From NCBI GenBank assembly GCA_028534125.1, contig CM052816.1, positions 96,040,001-96,104,000 on the forward strand: a stretch of 64,000 nucleotides of DNA. The letters are read 5' to 3'. The translations under genes and the position numbers were made by a program. The notes under the pieces are model-generated. The model was not told the origin of the DNA and made no database searches. It was given only the letters and a program-made list of their open reading frames with translations. This document shows positions 37,111 through 49,806 of this stretch, piece by piece. Positions within the stretch are counted from its first letter, which is position 1, and every line of letters begins with the position of its first letter. Source of the stretch: Lama glama (lineage: Eukaryota).

Positions 37111-40100
37111 GGCAGTGCGTTCGTTTCTTCCGGCCACGGTTGCATGCTTTTGCATGTCATCATAGACATCGCACCTTCTAGTTGACAAGTGAGAATGTGG
37201 CACTTCACGTTTTGCTTACATTAACTAAAAACGAATGGGAATTATGAATAGTAATTTCCAAACCATGAGAGTCATTTATAGCTAAGTTATTTTGCTGTGT
37301 CCATATGAATTTCCTGCCTTGAGGAAATGTCTCGGGGTAAATCCTTTAGAAATTATCGATATAGTTATGTTGCCTTGAAGACCCATTATTTAAGGTTTTT
37401 TTTTTTTTCCTTTCTTTCTTAGAAAAGGTTCTTGGTTTAGCTAGCACAGAAGTGGATTGAATGAACTTTCACTTAGTTTTAAAACCTGCTGACAGATAAA
37501 ATTAATATTGCCTTTGTGTAAATAATAATTTTATCTAATGGACTTCATTTATTTTTACGGTTCCTCCAGGCGATCTGGAGCTAAACAAGGGGAAAAAGGC
37601 AGAAGTGTAATAACAATTCCCTTTGAAGAGCAATATAAAATAAGGTCACTGGAGCCGAACCATTATTGAAATGTATAAAATAGTTTAATGTTTGCTTTTT
37701 CCCGTTTTATACCATGAGGTCATTTTATGTAGCCATAAAATTCCATCTCATCTCAGTTCAGAGATGATGAAAATCTATGAGTCACAAAAGCCAGCTTCTT
37801 ATTCAGTTACCTGAAGGTGGCACCCAGCGGAGCTTCTGTACTTGAGGGCGGTCAGTGTTTTTGTTAAGACATTTCTAGAAATGTTTCACTAATTCATTTA
37901 TGTTAAACCTCTTTTGGCTGAAAGTTGACAGTCATGCTACATGGGTTAAAATAATATAAAAAGGGTACAATTTTTATGAAAATGTGTGTAGAAACTGAAG
38001 ATGCAATGTGTTTGGTGAACATCCTGATTCCCCTTGGAGACTCAACACAGTAACAAGAAAAGTTTAATTTCGCTTTATTTCCCAAAGAATAAAACGTTCA
38101 GTTGCTGTTTTTGGAAGAGGTTGGAGGAATCTATTTACTTGAACACTGTGCATTAACCAAAGTTTATTGTTTTATTGATTCTTCACTTAATCCCATTTCC
38201 TGCTCAGTATACCTAGAATATCTGATGCTTTGATGAGGATGAACACAGAGTCATTCAATGCATTCCCTCCCACCCTGAGCACACCATGGGCTGCATGCAG
38301 TTCTTCCTGCTTCTTTGAATATTTGAACTTGAACCCTTTCAGAAGCCATGCCTTCTGTCTTCTTCCTCCCTTCAGAGGGATTCCTCCTTTTCCTGTACTC
38401 CCTAAGACTTTGCTCCTACCTCTCTTTGGTAATTATTGAAAGATAGATTTTTACTGCTCTTACCTGTGACCCAGTGTCCCAGCTAGACTGTGTCCTCTTC
38501 ACTCCCCACTCCTGTGCTGGAGGGCTGCCCCTCGCCCCCAGGTGACATCCTTCCGTACGACTGGCTGAGTAAGTGATGCCCCCTGTTTCCAGGCCATGAG
38601 TTCATCCTTCAGGCTTTACTCTGGAGCGAGGACTATGTTTCTGGGTGCCATTCAGGCCACTTGAACTTGTGCCCACAAGTGTGTGGTTTCACCAGTGTGA
38701 GCAGGAAGGCTGAGCGTGTGATGCAAAGATCCGGGGGGTTTTGCTCCCCTTTGTCGTGGCCCTGCCGCTGCGTACTTGATCTTGCGTTAACCTGTAAGAT
38801 CTCTCCAGTCTATCTGGGCCTTGACTTTCTCTGCTACAAAGGGAAGGGAGAGATGAGGTGATTTCAGCTGCCTGTTTCACCTCTCAAATTCAGTGTGAGG
38901 CTGACTCACTTCCTGCCTCCTGTGTGCCAAGGGGCTGAATAAACCACCTGACGGTGGTGCTTGCTCAGGGGTGAAGGGTGGGTGAGGTCTCCATGCTAAA
39001 CAGAACGCCGGCTATGTGGTTTCTGATTCATTCAGACAGCCGATTCAGCATGTTGCAATGCATACCCGGGGGACTGTCACTGCGTGTTCTAGCCATAGCT
39101 TGTTTATGATAAAAAGGAGAAGTCAAAACTTAGAAACACCAAAGGTTATATGGCTTTCTGTGTAACCTTTGATGAGGAAGCCGCCACTGTAATTGGTACC
39201 TCGGAGTTTCCCTGGAAGGAACGGCCAGTGTGGGCGGGAGTGGGCGGCCAGTGTGTCTGCAGAAGGTGGAGGCCAGCCTTGACCTTGGGTGGGTGTGGGG
39301 CCCGAGGCATCAGCGGACGTGCAAGGCTGACAGTGAGGCCCGGGGCCAGGCTGGAGGGGCTGAAGGGAGGCCTCTGCAGCAGGGGCAGTGGGGGTGGAAT
39401 TGGGAGAAGACGGGCTGTCGGTGGTAAGCAGTGGGAAAATCCTGAGGGCTCGTGAGCAGGGCAGGGCTGTTTACCTGGCAGCAGCTGGTGCCTGTGCCGC
39501 AGACACCGTGTCACCTGGCCTGACTGGGCCTGGCTGTGGGGGGGTGAGACAGGGTGGTTTGTCGGGATGGTGGGATGAGTTCCTCGGTGGCTCTGCGGCT
39601 TTCAGTTGGGGCTCCAGTCTCCGGGTGAGTGGTTCATCTGATGCCGTGGAACAGGGCCAAGGGATGGAGGGATGAGTGCAAACTCAGACCTTGCCGAAGA
39701 GCTGCCCATCCCCTCCTCTAAGTCCTGCCATCGTGGTTCTGATCTTACAACAGACTGTGATGTTACACAAGCAAGAGGCGCACGTGGAACGGCCTCCTCA
39801 CGGCTGCTGTGCGGCAGCGGGGCTGGGGCTTGGCTGCCTGGTCCTCTTCTGGCTGCTCTCTGGTTGGTCCTCTCACCTGACTTCTCCACCCTCTCTGAGA
39901 TGGAAGTCCTTAAAGTCATCAGGCAGGATCCGGGCCGGCCGGGTTTCTGCGGGCTCTCTGAACTGAGCCAATGGATCTGGTCATTTCCAGCTTTGCAATA
40001 GGGCTAAGGCTCAGAAGAATCTCAGCCTCCCCTAAAAAAGAAGCACGTGAAGCTATTCTGGATCTGTTTTTATTAATAACTGGTTAGACTTTGTTCCCAA

Positions 40101-40713
40101 AGCAAAACTTCTTGTGGAAGCTTTCATTCTTTTGATTTCTTTTTTATCTGACAGCAGTTTTTTTTTTTTAAACTGAAAGGAACAGTTATTTTCTGTTCCC
40201 CAAAGCCTATTCATTTGCAGTGTGGGTGTGAATGGGAAATGTTATTATTGTACAAACACGTATATACAGTTTTGCTTATTTAGATTTTGCTTATGGAGAG
40301 ATCCTCCTCCCACATCAGGAAACTAAATGGAAGGCTTCAGGGATTTTGAAATAGATGCAACAAAAAAGCCTCTATTTTCTAGCCCAAATTGTCCTGTTGT
40401 AAGAAATCTTCCTGTTGCCAAAAATCACTCGCTTTGTATTAACAAATAGATTTTTAATTTTCCAGAGATAGCAGGATGAAATTCGAACAACTTTTATTAA
40501 AATCGATCCTTTGAAAATTCTTTCCTCCTCTATTTCCCTGATGTAGCAAATAGTTATAATTAACGTGATTTTCATTTTTATTGCAATTTTGTTGAAATGA
40601 TTCAATATGAATTCAGTTGGGTGATTTATATAAGCATGTTTAAAAATAATCTTTCCAATGATGCTAGCTTATTTAATTTCTAAAGAGGGAGAGGCAGTTT
40701 GATACATACGAAT

Positions 40714-40899
40714 CAGAGCTTCTCACCCAGGGTGATCTGACGAGGTCTGGGGGGAATTTGTTGGCACAGATGGAGGGGGAGGGTGATACTGTCACCCAGT
40801 GTGTGTCAAGACCAGGGATGCTGCCAAATGCTCAGAACGCTGCCCAGAATAAAGACTTACCTGGCTCTAAATGTCAGTAGTGCTGAGATTAAGCACTGA
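40714..40899 (+). mobile_element. MER20 (degenerate)
   Basis: agaccagggatgctgccaaatg...aataaagacttacctggctctaaatgtcagtagtgctgagattaag. Confidence 0.75.
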
Positions 40900-42499
40900 A
40901 ACCCCCGATCTAAGTATGCCTCCTCCCCCCACTGCATTGCACCAAGAGGCTAGAGCTTCGTTCTTCAGTGGAGGATGGAACTGCAGACCCCAGGACGGAA
41001 GGACCTGCTATTTAGATCTGAGCCTCTTTGGAGTAAAAGACTATTCAAGGTGTTAGCTTTGCATTGTGTAGGTTGCTCCGGAAACTCCGCTCTAAGTGAA
41101 CACCCTTCCCTGGCCCCTAATGAGGATCTGTTTGTAGTACCTTTATTTTAAGAAAAAAAGGTAACATGTTATAGTCTGAAAATTATAAACTTCTAAAAAT
41201 CACCTGTTTTCATTAAATGTGCTTCCCTGAGCTTAACGTGGCAAACGTGTAATTTCATCTCATCCTCATCAAACTTTGTTCCCCATTTTAGCTGCTCTTT
41301 CCCTTGACACGGCATTTCTTTCTCTAATCATCACTTTGAAAATCCTGGGGAAGGAACGTTTTAGGCTCCAGTGTTATTTTTCTCCACCTCTCCTTCGGGA
41401 GGCAGAGATGTTAGGACTGAGATGGGAATGCATGGCTGTTGTAAACGTAGGGCAGTTCCAATGGACAGGTGTTTGCATAATTTGTTTCTTAGTTCACACA
41501 AGGGGGTTCTGTGTTGTCTTGGGTCTGCCACATTGAAAAGCTCTCTGTGAGAGAGGAATTGGCTTTTCGCCCGCAGGTGACGTGAGCTCAGTCTCAGAGG
41601 TTGAGATGGCTGTGCTCCCATCCGTCTTTGCGAGGGAATTCTGTTCAGTGGGAGCTGGTGTTGGAGATGCTGCTCTGGGTGCCTGCTGGGTGCCAGGCAG
41701 GGGTGTAAGGGCTAACTGTCATGCCTGCCACAGAGCTAGCGAGCCCTTACTAAGAGTTCATTGTTACTTTCATTGTCCTTTATATGTATATATATTTTTT
41801 TCATCACCAGTTTGTTTTGATGTGGGGTGGTGATCATCTATTTGTAGCCTTCCCTGAGTGGACAGGTGAGGTTACTCCAAATCTCCTTGCTCTGTCCAGA
41901 ACAAAATTATGTCTAAAACATTTCTAACAAGTGTTATTCTGTATTAAGATACGTCATCTGATGAAATGTGATGTCGTATGTCTCAGGTCAGAGGGAAAAG
42001 AAGAGATGGGCAGCTTCACGTGCTCACCTATAGACTGGAGTTCTGGAGCTGCCTCCAGTTTTGCAGCCTGGGACCCCTTTTCCAAGAGTGAAATGAGTCA
42101 TACTTGTAATAACCCAGGAGGAGAGAGCACTGTGCCTCCATTGTCCATTACAATGAGCCATCCTTGGCCAGAGATCATGGACCGATTAGACCAGTGTGCC
42201 CCAGGCTCCCAGTTGTCCTCTCCATCCCTTCCTCCACCTTCATGTGCAGGCTCTCGCCCTCCAACAGAAACCATATTCTTGCCTCATCATGATTTTCAAC
42301 CCCTTCACTTGTTTCTCTGCCCCACTGGAACGTTTCCATCATGGGGAGCATTGAGTCAATGGGACTCAAAATATAGCGACTGTGAAACTTGACGTAGCCT
42401 CCGCTTCACATTTTCCCCTTTCATCTTACATCTCACTGTATACTCGGGTGCACACTCCTATTTAAAGGTGAGGCCCCATCCTCCCTTTCATAACCACCC

Positions 42500-44540
42500 T
42501 CTTTACTGGACGTTTATCATTGGCCACCTCCATTTTTTTGGATCTCATACCTCCTATCCCTCTTAGATCTACAATCTCTTCTCCACTCACTGTTTCTCAG
42601 AAAAGAAGCCGTATTTAATGGTCTGTTTTCTCTACCCTAAACCTTCCTAATTTTGATCTTTTTGTGCTTTTCTGATTTCACTGAATTTTCTGGGGTTAAC
42701 CAGCATTTGAGATACCATGGATGTTCTGTCCCACTTTTGCTCAATCCGTTCCCTCTTGGATTCCTTGCTCCAAGGATACGGCCTCTTGTTTTTCTGAAAC
42801 TGACCCCTCAAGTTGACCATTGACTGCCTGTTGACTGAAGCAAGTGGTCTTCACTCTTCCTCATCAGGATATGGTTGACCAGGCCTCTTTTTAAAGTGTG
42901 TTATTCTGTCCTGCTTAACTTGGTCCCCATGGTGTTATATTTGTTTGATTCTCTGTTCTCTTCTATCATCTTCGTGTGGTTACTTCTCTTTAACAACTTC
43001 TAAATAATCAGTTCTCTTTAGCTCATTTATTCTTTCTCTCATGCTTTCTTTCCCCCAGTGGATCTCAACCGCCCATAATTTTAACCATTCCAAATACTAT
43101 ATGCTTTCTATGAATTCTCTTTTTTTCCTGATCATCCATCCTGGATTTCCCACAATCTGCTGCATTTCCTTAAATATTAGCTCAGCATCTTATGCCCCAC
43201 ATGAACAAGACCGAACATCTTCTCCTCTAAAATTTCTTCTGTTGATTATCATATTTTAAACAATGGCGTTACTATCCCCGAAGACACTTTATATTCTTTA
43301 TCTTGAGACCATCTGTGCCTTTGCTTTCTCTTCCCCCAAATTTAACAGATTAGAGCAACAACTATTTGTTAGATTTCACACACTGAGGATTAGGAATTTG
43401 GGCAGGGCTCTAGTAGTTGATTCCCTTGCTTTTGTGAGACTGAAGTCACTCAGTGGGTTTCAGCTTTCCTCACGTATCAGGGTCCTTGGTGGGAATGGCT
43501 GGGAAGCTGGGCTTGGCAGGAAAGGTCACTAGAATACCTATTTGTGGTCTCTCTAGTATGCCAATTTCAAGGGCATTGGACTTCTGACTTGGTATCTCCA
43601 TGCCCCAGAGTGTGTGTTCTAAGAGACAGGAAGTCAAACCTGCCAGCCTCTTAGAGAGGGGGCTTGGAAACCAGGGTGCCATCACTTCCATTGTATTCAA
43701 CAGAGCAAAGCAGTCACAGGGTCAAACCCAGATTCAAGAGAGGGGGCATAGACCCAGCTCTCAGAGGGAGTGAAGTTGAAGAAGCTGTGGACATCTTTAG
43801 TTTTCCATACTTCCTTTGTCCATCACAATCACTGTTTGCTGGGTTTGCCTCAACTTCTGTCACACTGACACCACCTAAAGTCACAGCTGCATTTATTTCT
43901 CTTCTGAACAATTGCTGTAGCTTCAAATTAACTTCTCCACCTCTGTGTTCTTCTTTACCCAATTTCCGACATATGCTATTGTGAGAACAATCTTATTAGT
44001 ATTTCTTCTGATGTTCATATACTACAGTAGCTTCTTGCCTAAAAATAGGGACCTCAGACCTTGGTATAGTCCACCGAACAAATCTTAACCCAACCTCCTC
44101 TCTAAGCTGCTTCTCATGACTCACTCCCCTTTGTTTCCTGGGGTTTGGGTCAAGTGCAGTAAACTATTCTCAACATGTGTTGCTTACTCCTTCTTCTTGC
44201 CCCTCCAGTGCGTCTTTTCAGCCTTTTCTGAATTCCTTCCAGAAATCTCCATCTGTTGAAATCCTCTTTGCCCTCCACTATTAAATGCACACATAAACTC
44301 CTCCTTGGACACACCCTCGATCTCTACGTAGCAGCGGGACCCCCCCTTGACTCCCCAGCACTCCTGCTTCTTGTCACGGTTTTCTGGCAGCTCGGGTTCT
44401 AGTTGTTTTTCTATGCCCATCTTGTTTTAAAGCTTATTAATCTTTTAAATGATTCATAATCTTTAAAGTCTCACAGCTCCCAGCATAGTAATTTCATCTC
44501 ACCCAGTAGGTGCTCAATATAGCTTTTATTTGATTCACAC
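42500..44540 (+). mobile_element. Decayed LINE-2 split by an MLT1 LTR
   Basis: Pyrimidine-rich L2-like text on both sides of the LTR, ending cccagcatagt...cagtaggtgctcaatata...ttg. Confidence 0.6.
43325..43800 (-). mobile_element. MLT1H-type ERVL-MaLR solo LTR
   Basis: ccccaaattt...aggaatttgggcagggct...catcacttccattgtattc...caaagcagtcacagg...cccagattcaagagaggggg...gtggacatcttta. Confidence 0.8.
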
Positions 44541-45115
44541 TTGACCTCTAGCCAGAAACTTGGCAGGCAGGTCATCTGGAGATTTCAAAGGATGAATTCA
44601 CCCACTGGGATGATTTTTAAGAGTTGGATAGCATGATGCTAATCAGGTGATGAATAAAAAACAACGGTCATGGCCTTATGTATTAGGGGCTTTTGTAAAA
44701 AGGGAACGGTGGGATTCTTAGGGCTTCCACATACAGATCTGTGTTTGCAGGAGGGGGTGAGAATGAGGATCCAAGGGAAAACCAATCAATGAGCACGACT
44801 CTAAACTGCATTCCTTAGGGGGCGATGACGACGACAGCTCCACAGAGCTTCCTCTTGAACATCCCTCCTTGTATAATCAGTGGGTCGTCTCATAAAGTTG
44901 CTGGGAGAATAAGAGGCGTGGATTGAGACGTATGCACGTTCCCACATAGTTCTGAAGTATCTCCTAGATAAAGCTGTGTTGGTCCAAGCACTCCAAGGTG
45001 CTCTCTCTCTCTCTTTTTTTTTTTTTTAAAGGGAGTGATGGGGCTTTACCTAAGGACCACCCACCAGGAAACCTGTAGTCTTGTCCATTCACTGGTTCTC
45101 TGTTGTGTGTTTTAG

Positions 45116-45191
45116 GCACTTTCCCCACATGACGGGACGACGAGCTTCTGGCTAAAGACAAGTGCCCAGAGTGCAAGGCCTCCTGCCCGCC
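45116..45191 (+). other. SEMA5A: 5' UTR portion of the SEMA5A ATG-containing exon (internal exon; upstream non-coding exons not identified in this window)
   Basis: T/G-rich pyrimidine tract ttctctgttgtgtgttttAG (AG at 45114-45115) precedes the exon; 76 nt to the ATG. Confidence 0.85.
45129..45155 (+). promoter_or_regulatory. Upstream ORF (MTGRRASG*) in the SEMA5A 5' UTR
   Basis: ATG ACG GGA CGA CGA GCT TCT GGC TAA read directly; same frame as the main ORF; stops 36 nt before the main ATG. Translation not shown. Confidence 0.6.
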
Positions 45192-45312
45192 ATGAAGGGA
45201 CCCTGCGTCATTGCTTGGCTGTTCTCCAGCCTGGGCTGGTGGAGACTCGCCCAGCCAGAGACAGACACATCCCAGTGCCAGAGAGCAGAGCACCCGGTCA
45301 TCTCCTACAAAG
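45192..45312 (+). CDS. SEMA5A: Semaphorin-5A, first coding exon (signal peptide and start of ectodomain; 40 codons + 1 nt, partial CDS)
   Basis: Translation MKGPCVIAWLFSSLGWWRLAQPETDTSQCQRAEHPVISYK closely matches the human SEMA5A N-terminus as recalled (MKGTCVIAWLFSSLGLWRLAHPEAQGTTQCQRTEHPVISYK-E). Good Kozak context CCCGCC-ATG. Exon ends AAAG|GTGAGG (donor GT at 45313), phase 1, consistent with the next codon being Glu. Confidence 0.96.
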
Positions 45313-45974
45313 GTGAGGGGCAAGCAAGGTTACCGCTGAAATGCAGTCCCTGCTCAGTGATGGAGGGTCGTGGTGGTTATCACTCGATGGTGCTGTCACT
45401 CTGTTTTAGACACTGTTTCCAATAAGAGCAAAAATACCAAATTCCCTGTCACAAGAATTTCACATTCTGAAACCGATCACTGTCTCAAGAAGAATTCAAG
45501 CCCAGAGTTATCATGGGTAGAAAATCGCATCGTTGGGGTCACCTTTAGTTAACCGGTGCTGTCAGCCTCCTAGGCATTTGAACCAGGGGAGAAAAATGTG
45601 GCCCACGGAAATAACAACAAAACCAAGTAAAGCAAAAATTTCTTCACTTTAGCATTTCCCAACAAAGCTTAGTCTTACCACAAATTGTGTGCTTTTTATC
45701 CGGCATCGCATGGCAGGCAGAATTGGTTTACTGTCTCAAGTATCGCCACAGGTCTGTAGGATTAATTAATTAGCAAGTATATACATTCTTCTACTCTTTA
45801 ATTCATCAAAACTTATTTAGGGTTCTTTACACCCTGGGCACTCACTCTAAGCATTCGAGATGAAGAGTAGGTTAGTCTTTGTCTCTGCCTGCAAGGAACT
45901 TACAGTTATAGTATGAAGCTAGGTATAATTCATCAGACATTGTATTTTAATAATTCATCCAATAAGTAGTTTTG

Positions 45975-48290
45975 TGGTTTGTTATTCTGTAACTCTTGTA
46001 TCACAAAAAATTTAAAATATCTACAAAAATAGAATAGTCCAAAGGAACACCCAGACCCAGCATTTATTAATTCATGACTTGTCTTTTTTCTTTTAAATCC
46101 CTACCCATGCTCCACCCACACTCACCATTTAGAAGCAAATTCAAGAAATCCTGTAATTTTATTATAATAGTTCTTGACTATCAAAGATAAAGAATTCATA
46201 CTAACATTATCACACCATTCGAAAACCCAAACAGAAACCAGTTCCATAAAATTGGCAAACGTCAGTGAGTGCTGTGAGGTCCCTGGTGGTCTCAAAAAGG
46301 CTTGTGCACTTTTCAGCTAACAGATTGAGTCAGGAACTGGGTGAAGTCCATGCATGGCAGTTGGTTGGTTTAGCTCTTGAGTCTCTGAATCTTTCACTGT
46401 GTTTTGTTGGCGGTGCTGGTGGTGGGGGTACTCCCCTTGCAAAGTAATTTTTAAACAAACTCGAGTTCTTTGTCCTGTAGTTTCCCACAGTCTGGATTTT
46501 GCCAAGTGCCTCCCATTAGTGCCATTCAGATGTTCTTCTGTCCCGAATATTGCTGTAAATTAGTGATTGAGAGGCCACTTAGATGCAGGTGTGAATCTTT
46601 CTGTCTCTTCTGTGTCCTTCACTGGGATGTGAAGTTATTGGTCATAGAAGATCATGGCCCCAGTCTACTGATTCATTCGTGGGTGCAAAACTGGGAGTTT
46701 TAAGTTTTGCTATTCTTTCTTCATTTAATAGCTAAAGTGTTTATCCATAAGGCAACTTTCCCTCATCAACTATTTGAATATCCTAAGGGATAGGAATGGC
46801 AGAGTGAATGTTTTTATTTTTCCTTCCCTTTACTGTTTTTCTCCAGAGCCCAGTTAGTTGGTTCTCTAGCATTATACACAGAGGACAGATAAGATGTTAT
46901 GTTTGCTTTTTTAAAAATGTTGAGTATTAGAAATATTTTAATACACAAATTTCAATATTTGGTATATTTCAATCAGTTGCAGCTTTTATTCTTATAAATG
47001 GTGAAATCATCACACTTCAGACTTAGGGGAGCCTCTTGAGGTTGGGTCCTGAGTTCTTTTGACACAACCCAGTGGCCTTTGATGGCTTGATTAATCCTCT
47101 GGGATAACAAGATGTTCCTGACTCCTCCTATTCATTTCCTTCGGTAGGCCTGAGAATTAGCCATTTTTGTCTGATTTGAGCACGGAGCTGCTCAAAGTGA
47201 GGTCTGTTCAGTGTACAGAACTGAGGAAAACGTTCTTTAAAATGCACCATAAGTTGCTCTGGTTATTTCCAGTTCATCTCCAGGACGCTCTGGTTTTTCT
47301 GGACCTCTTCCATTTTGTGCCTCTATCTTTTTCTCCTGTGCACAGAATCCTGTCTCTGCAGGCCAGCGTAATTATTCCTTCTGCCTTTTCCTGCCATACA
47401 CCCTCAGCTGTCTCAGAATAACAGTTTTCTGCAACTCTAGTCATTTTTGACTACAGAAAACCCTTTAAGATGATGGTCCTTCTTTTAGTCCTCAGGGTGT
47501 AAATTTCACTGGGAAGTTGAAGCAAAATTACTGCTTCGAAATCACTTGAAATAATTTCCTTTTTGTGTGATGGTGCCACCAACTCAAAGTCCAGTTAATT
47601 TCATTTGCTTAATTTTGCGTTTGATTTTCAAAATTTACATCGCATTATTTTATAGTGTTTAAATTCAAGTTGATAAAACAACAGGTGTTCAGAAATACTA
47701 GCTCTACTCCCTAATTTCTTCACCTTGTTCCCTCTCTGTGCCTTTTGCTCACCCTTTACTTACATTTAATGCTTTATGCTTCTTTTTAATGTAATCAAAG
47801 CTACACACACACATCCATATATGCAGTCCTACCCTCATTTCTTAAAAAGTGACATAGATCCAAACTGTTCTCTAGCGAGCATTTTTTGACATCCTGGTGT
47901 GTGCTGGAGCCCACTCCCCTGTAGTGTGGCTTTCTGTCACTGCACTCTGTAGCCATGGAGCTCTCCTCTGTGTGATGAACTGCAGTCTGCTCAGCGCTCC
48001 CTGCTGGGAGATGTTTGCGTTATTCTCTCGTGTTTGTGACCAGGTTGGGGGGGGGGTCCCTGGAATTGGGGTTGCTGAGTCACAGAGTTAATGCAGTTGT
48101 GGTTTTGCTGGAAAGTGCACATCTCCTTTTCGTGAAGGTTGCCCCTGTCTGCATTCTCTTTGCCCTGGGTGTGAGTGTCTGCTTCCCATTGGCCTTCCCA
48201 GCAGAGTGCTCTGTTAGGCTCTGGGATCCGGGACAATCCTGTTGTTCATAAATGGCATTTCAGCATCCTCTTAATTTGCATTTTTAAAAT
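45975..48290 (-). mobile_element. Old L1MC4/5-like 3' UTR remnant with adjoining L1ME-like sequence
   Basis: aaaatttaaaatatctacaaaaatagaatag...cacagtctggattttgcc...ggggagcctcttgaggttgggtcctgagttcttttgacacaaccc...aacaagatgttcc. Confidence 0.65.
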
Positions 48291-48294
48291 TTGG

Positions 48295-49230
48295 AGTGAA
48301 CATTCAACACCCCTTTAACAGATGTCTATTATGTACCGGGGTCTGTGCTAAATACTGAGGAGACAGAAGCAAGAAACACTGTTCCTGTTAAGGGCTTAGA
48401 ATATCATTCGGAATATAAGCCAAAAGGACCATTGGTTTACATTCTTTTAAGGGTCCTAACGGGTGTCTCTGCCGGGTGCTGTGAGAGCCCAGGGATGGGG
48501 TGTCCGAACCAACCAGACAGGCTGGGAGTAGAGGCGTGGTAAAGGAAGGTTTCCAGGAGGAGGCCATGCCAGAGCTGAGTCCCAGATGACGGTTACACGG
48601 TGTTTATGAATCTCACGAAGGGAGTGGTGTCCAGGGAGAGGAGGCCAGCAATGCCTAAGCCCTGAAGTGAGGGAGGGAGCCCAACAGGTTCTGGCAAGTG
48701 GCAAGTACCTAAGTCATGGAATCTCAGTTTTAGTTGTGGAGAGGAGGCAGAGGGAGTTGAGACAGTTGGGACTCAATCCTGCACAGCATCCGAAGGCATC
48801 TCTAGATGTCCCCCTCTGTCTGCATGGAGGATGGCGAGATGGAGGCTGGAAGACCCCACTCCGGGGCTGCTGCTGTGACCAAAGGCAGCCAGCCAGCCAT
48901 AGTGAGGGACTGAGCTGTGGGAGTGGTAGCAGAAATGTGAAGAATTCAGTGGATTATGGAAATTTGAAGAGGGTGCTGTTGATGGCTTAAAGGATGTGCG
49001 ACCGGAGGGAGCAGGAGGCACAGAGAGTGATCCCTAAGTTCTTGGCTGTTGATTCTAGATGGGATAAAGGAGGACAGTCTGAAATGATGACTTCAGATTG
49101 AGGCAGCTGGGGTCCTACCTGCCACCGATGGAATTTATTAGTTGAGAGGAAGGTATCACTGGAGAGCTTTTCAAGAAGGAGGTGGCTGTCAGAGTATCTG
49201 ATGATGCTGCAAGTTCAAGGCAAATGTGGG
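48295..49230 (-). mobile_element. Decayed LINE-2 (with a probable MIR fragment near 48715-48810)
   Basis: cattcaaca...gtctattatgtaccggggtctgtgctaaatactgagg terminal motif, aggaaggtttccaggaggagg. Confidence 0.6.
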
Positions 49231-49237
49231 CCAGAGG

Positions 49238-49333
49238 TAGAGTGACCAACTCATCTTGATTTTCCCAGGACCTTTTTGGGGTGCAGCACTGAAAGTCCTA
49301 TGTTCTGGGGGAACTGGGACAGATGGTCACCCT
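49238..49333. mobile_element. MER81-type (hAT-Blackjack) MITE
   Basis: Terminal inverted repeats tagagtgaccaactc...gatggtcaccct; internal agcactgaaagtcc. Confidence 0.8.
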
Positions 49334-49356
49334 CTCAGAAATTCTATCATCAATGA

Positions 49357-49806
49357 TGTGTTAGTTTCCCAGTGTGGCTGTAATGAAATACCACAAACCA
49401 GGTGACTTAAAACAACAAAGATATCTTCTCTTGCAGCTCTGGAGGCTGGAAGTACAGAATCAAGGTGGCAGCGGGGCCATGCTCTCTCCAAAGGCTCCAG
49501 GGAAGAGTCCTTCTTTGCCACTTCTTAGCTTCTGGTGGCTGTCAGCCATCCTTGGCCTCCCTTGGCTTGTAGACGTATCCCCACCCTCTGAGTCTGTAGT
49601 CACGTGGCATTCTTTCTGGGCCTCTGTTTTTGTCTTCTCTTCTTTTTGTAAGGACACAAGTCATACTGGATTTAGGGCCACCCTAACCCAGCAAGACCTC
49701 ATCTTACTCAATTACGTCAAGGTCTGTTTCCAGATATGGTCACAATCACAGGTACATGGGATTTGGACTTCAGTGTATCTTTTGTGGGGGACTTCAATTC
49801 ATAGCA
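49357..49806 (-). mobile_element. MLT1C-type ERVL-MaLR solo LTR
   Basis: tgtgttagtttcc...taccacaaaccaggtgacttaaaacaac...ctggaggctggaagt...aaggacacaagtcatactggatttagggccaccct...ggacttcagtgtatctttt. Confidence 0.88.

Noticed and set aside
45162..45425. 87-aa ORF as listed in the track
   Set aside because: Starts at a GTG ten codons upstream of the real ATG and reads through the donor into intron; only 45192-45312 matches SEMA5A.
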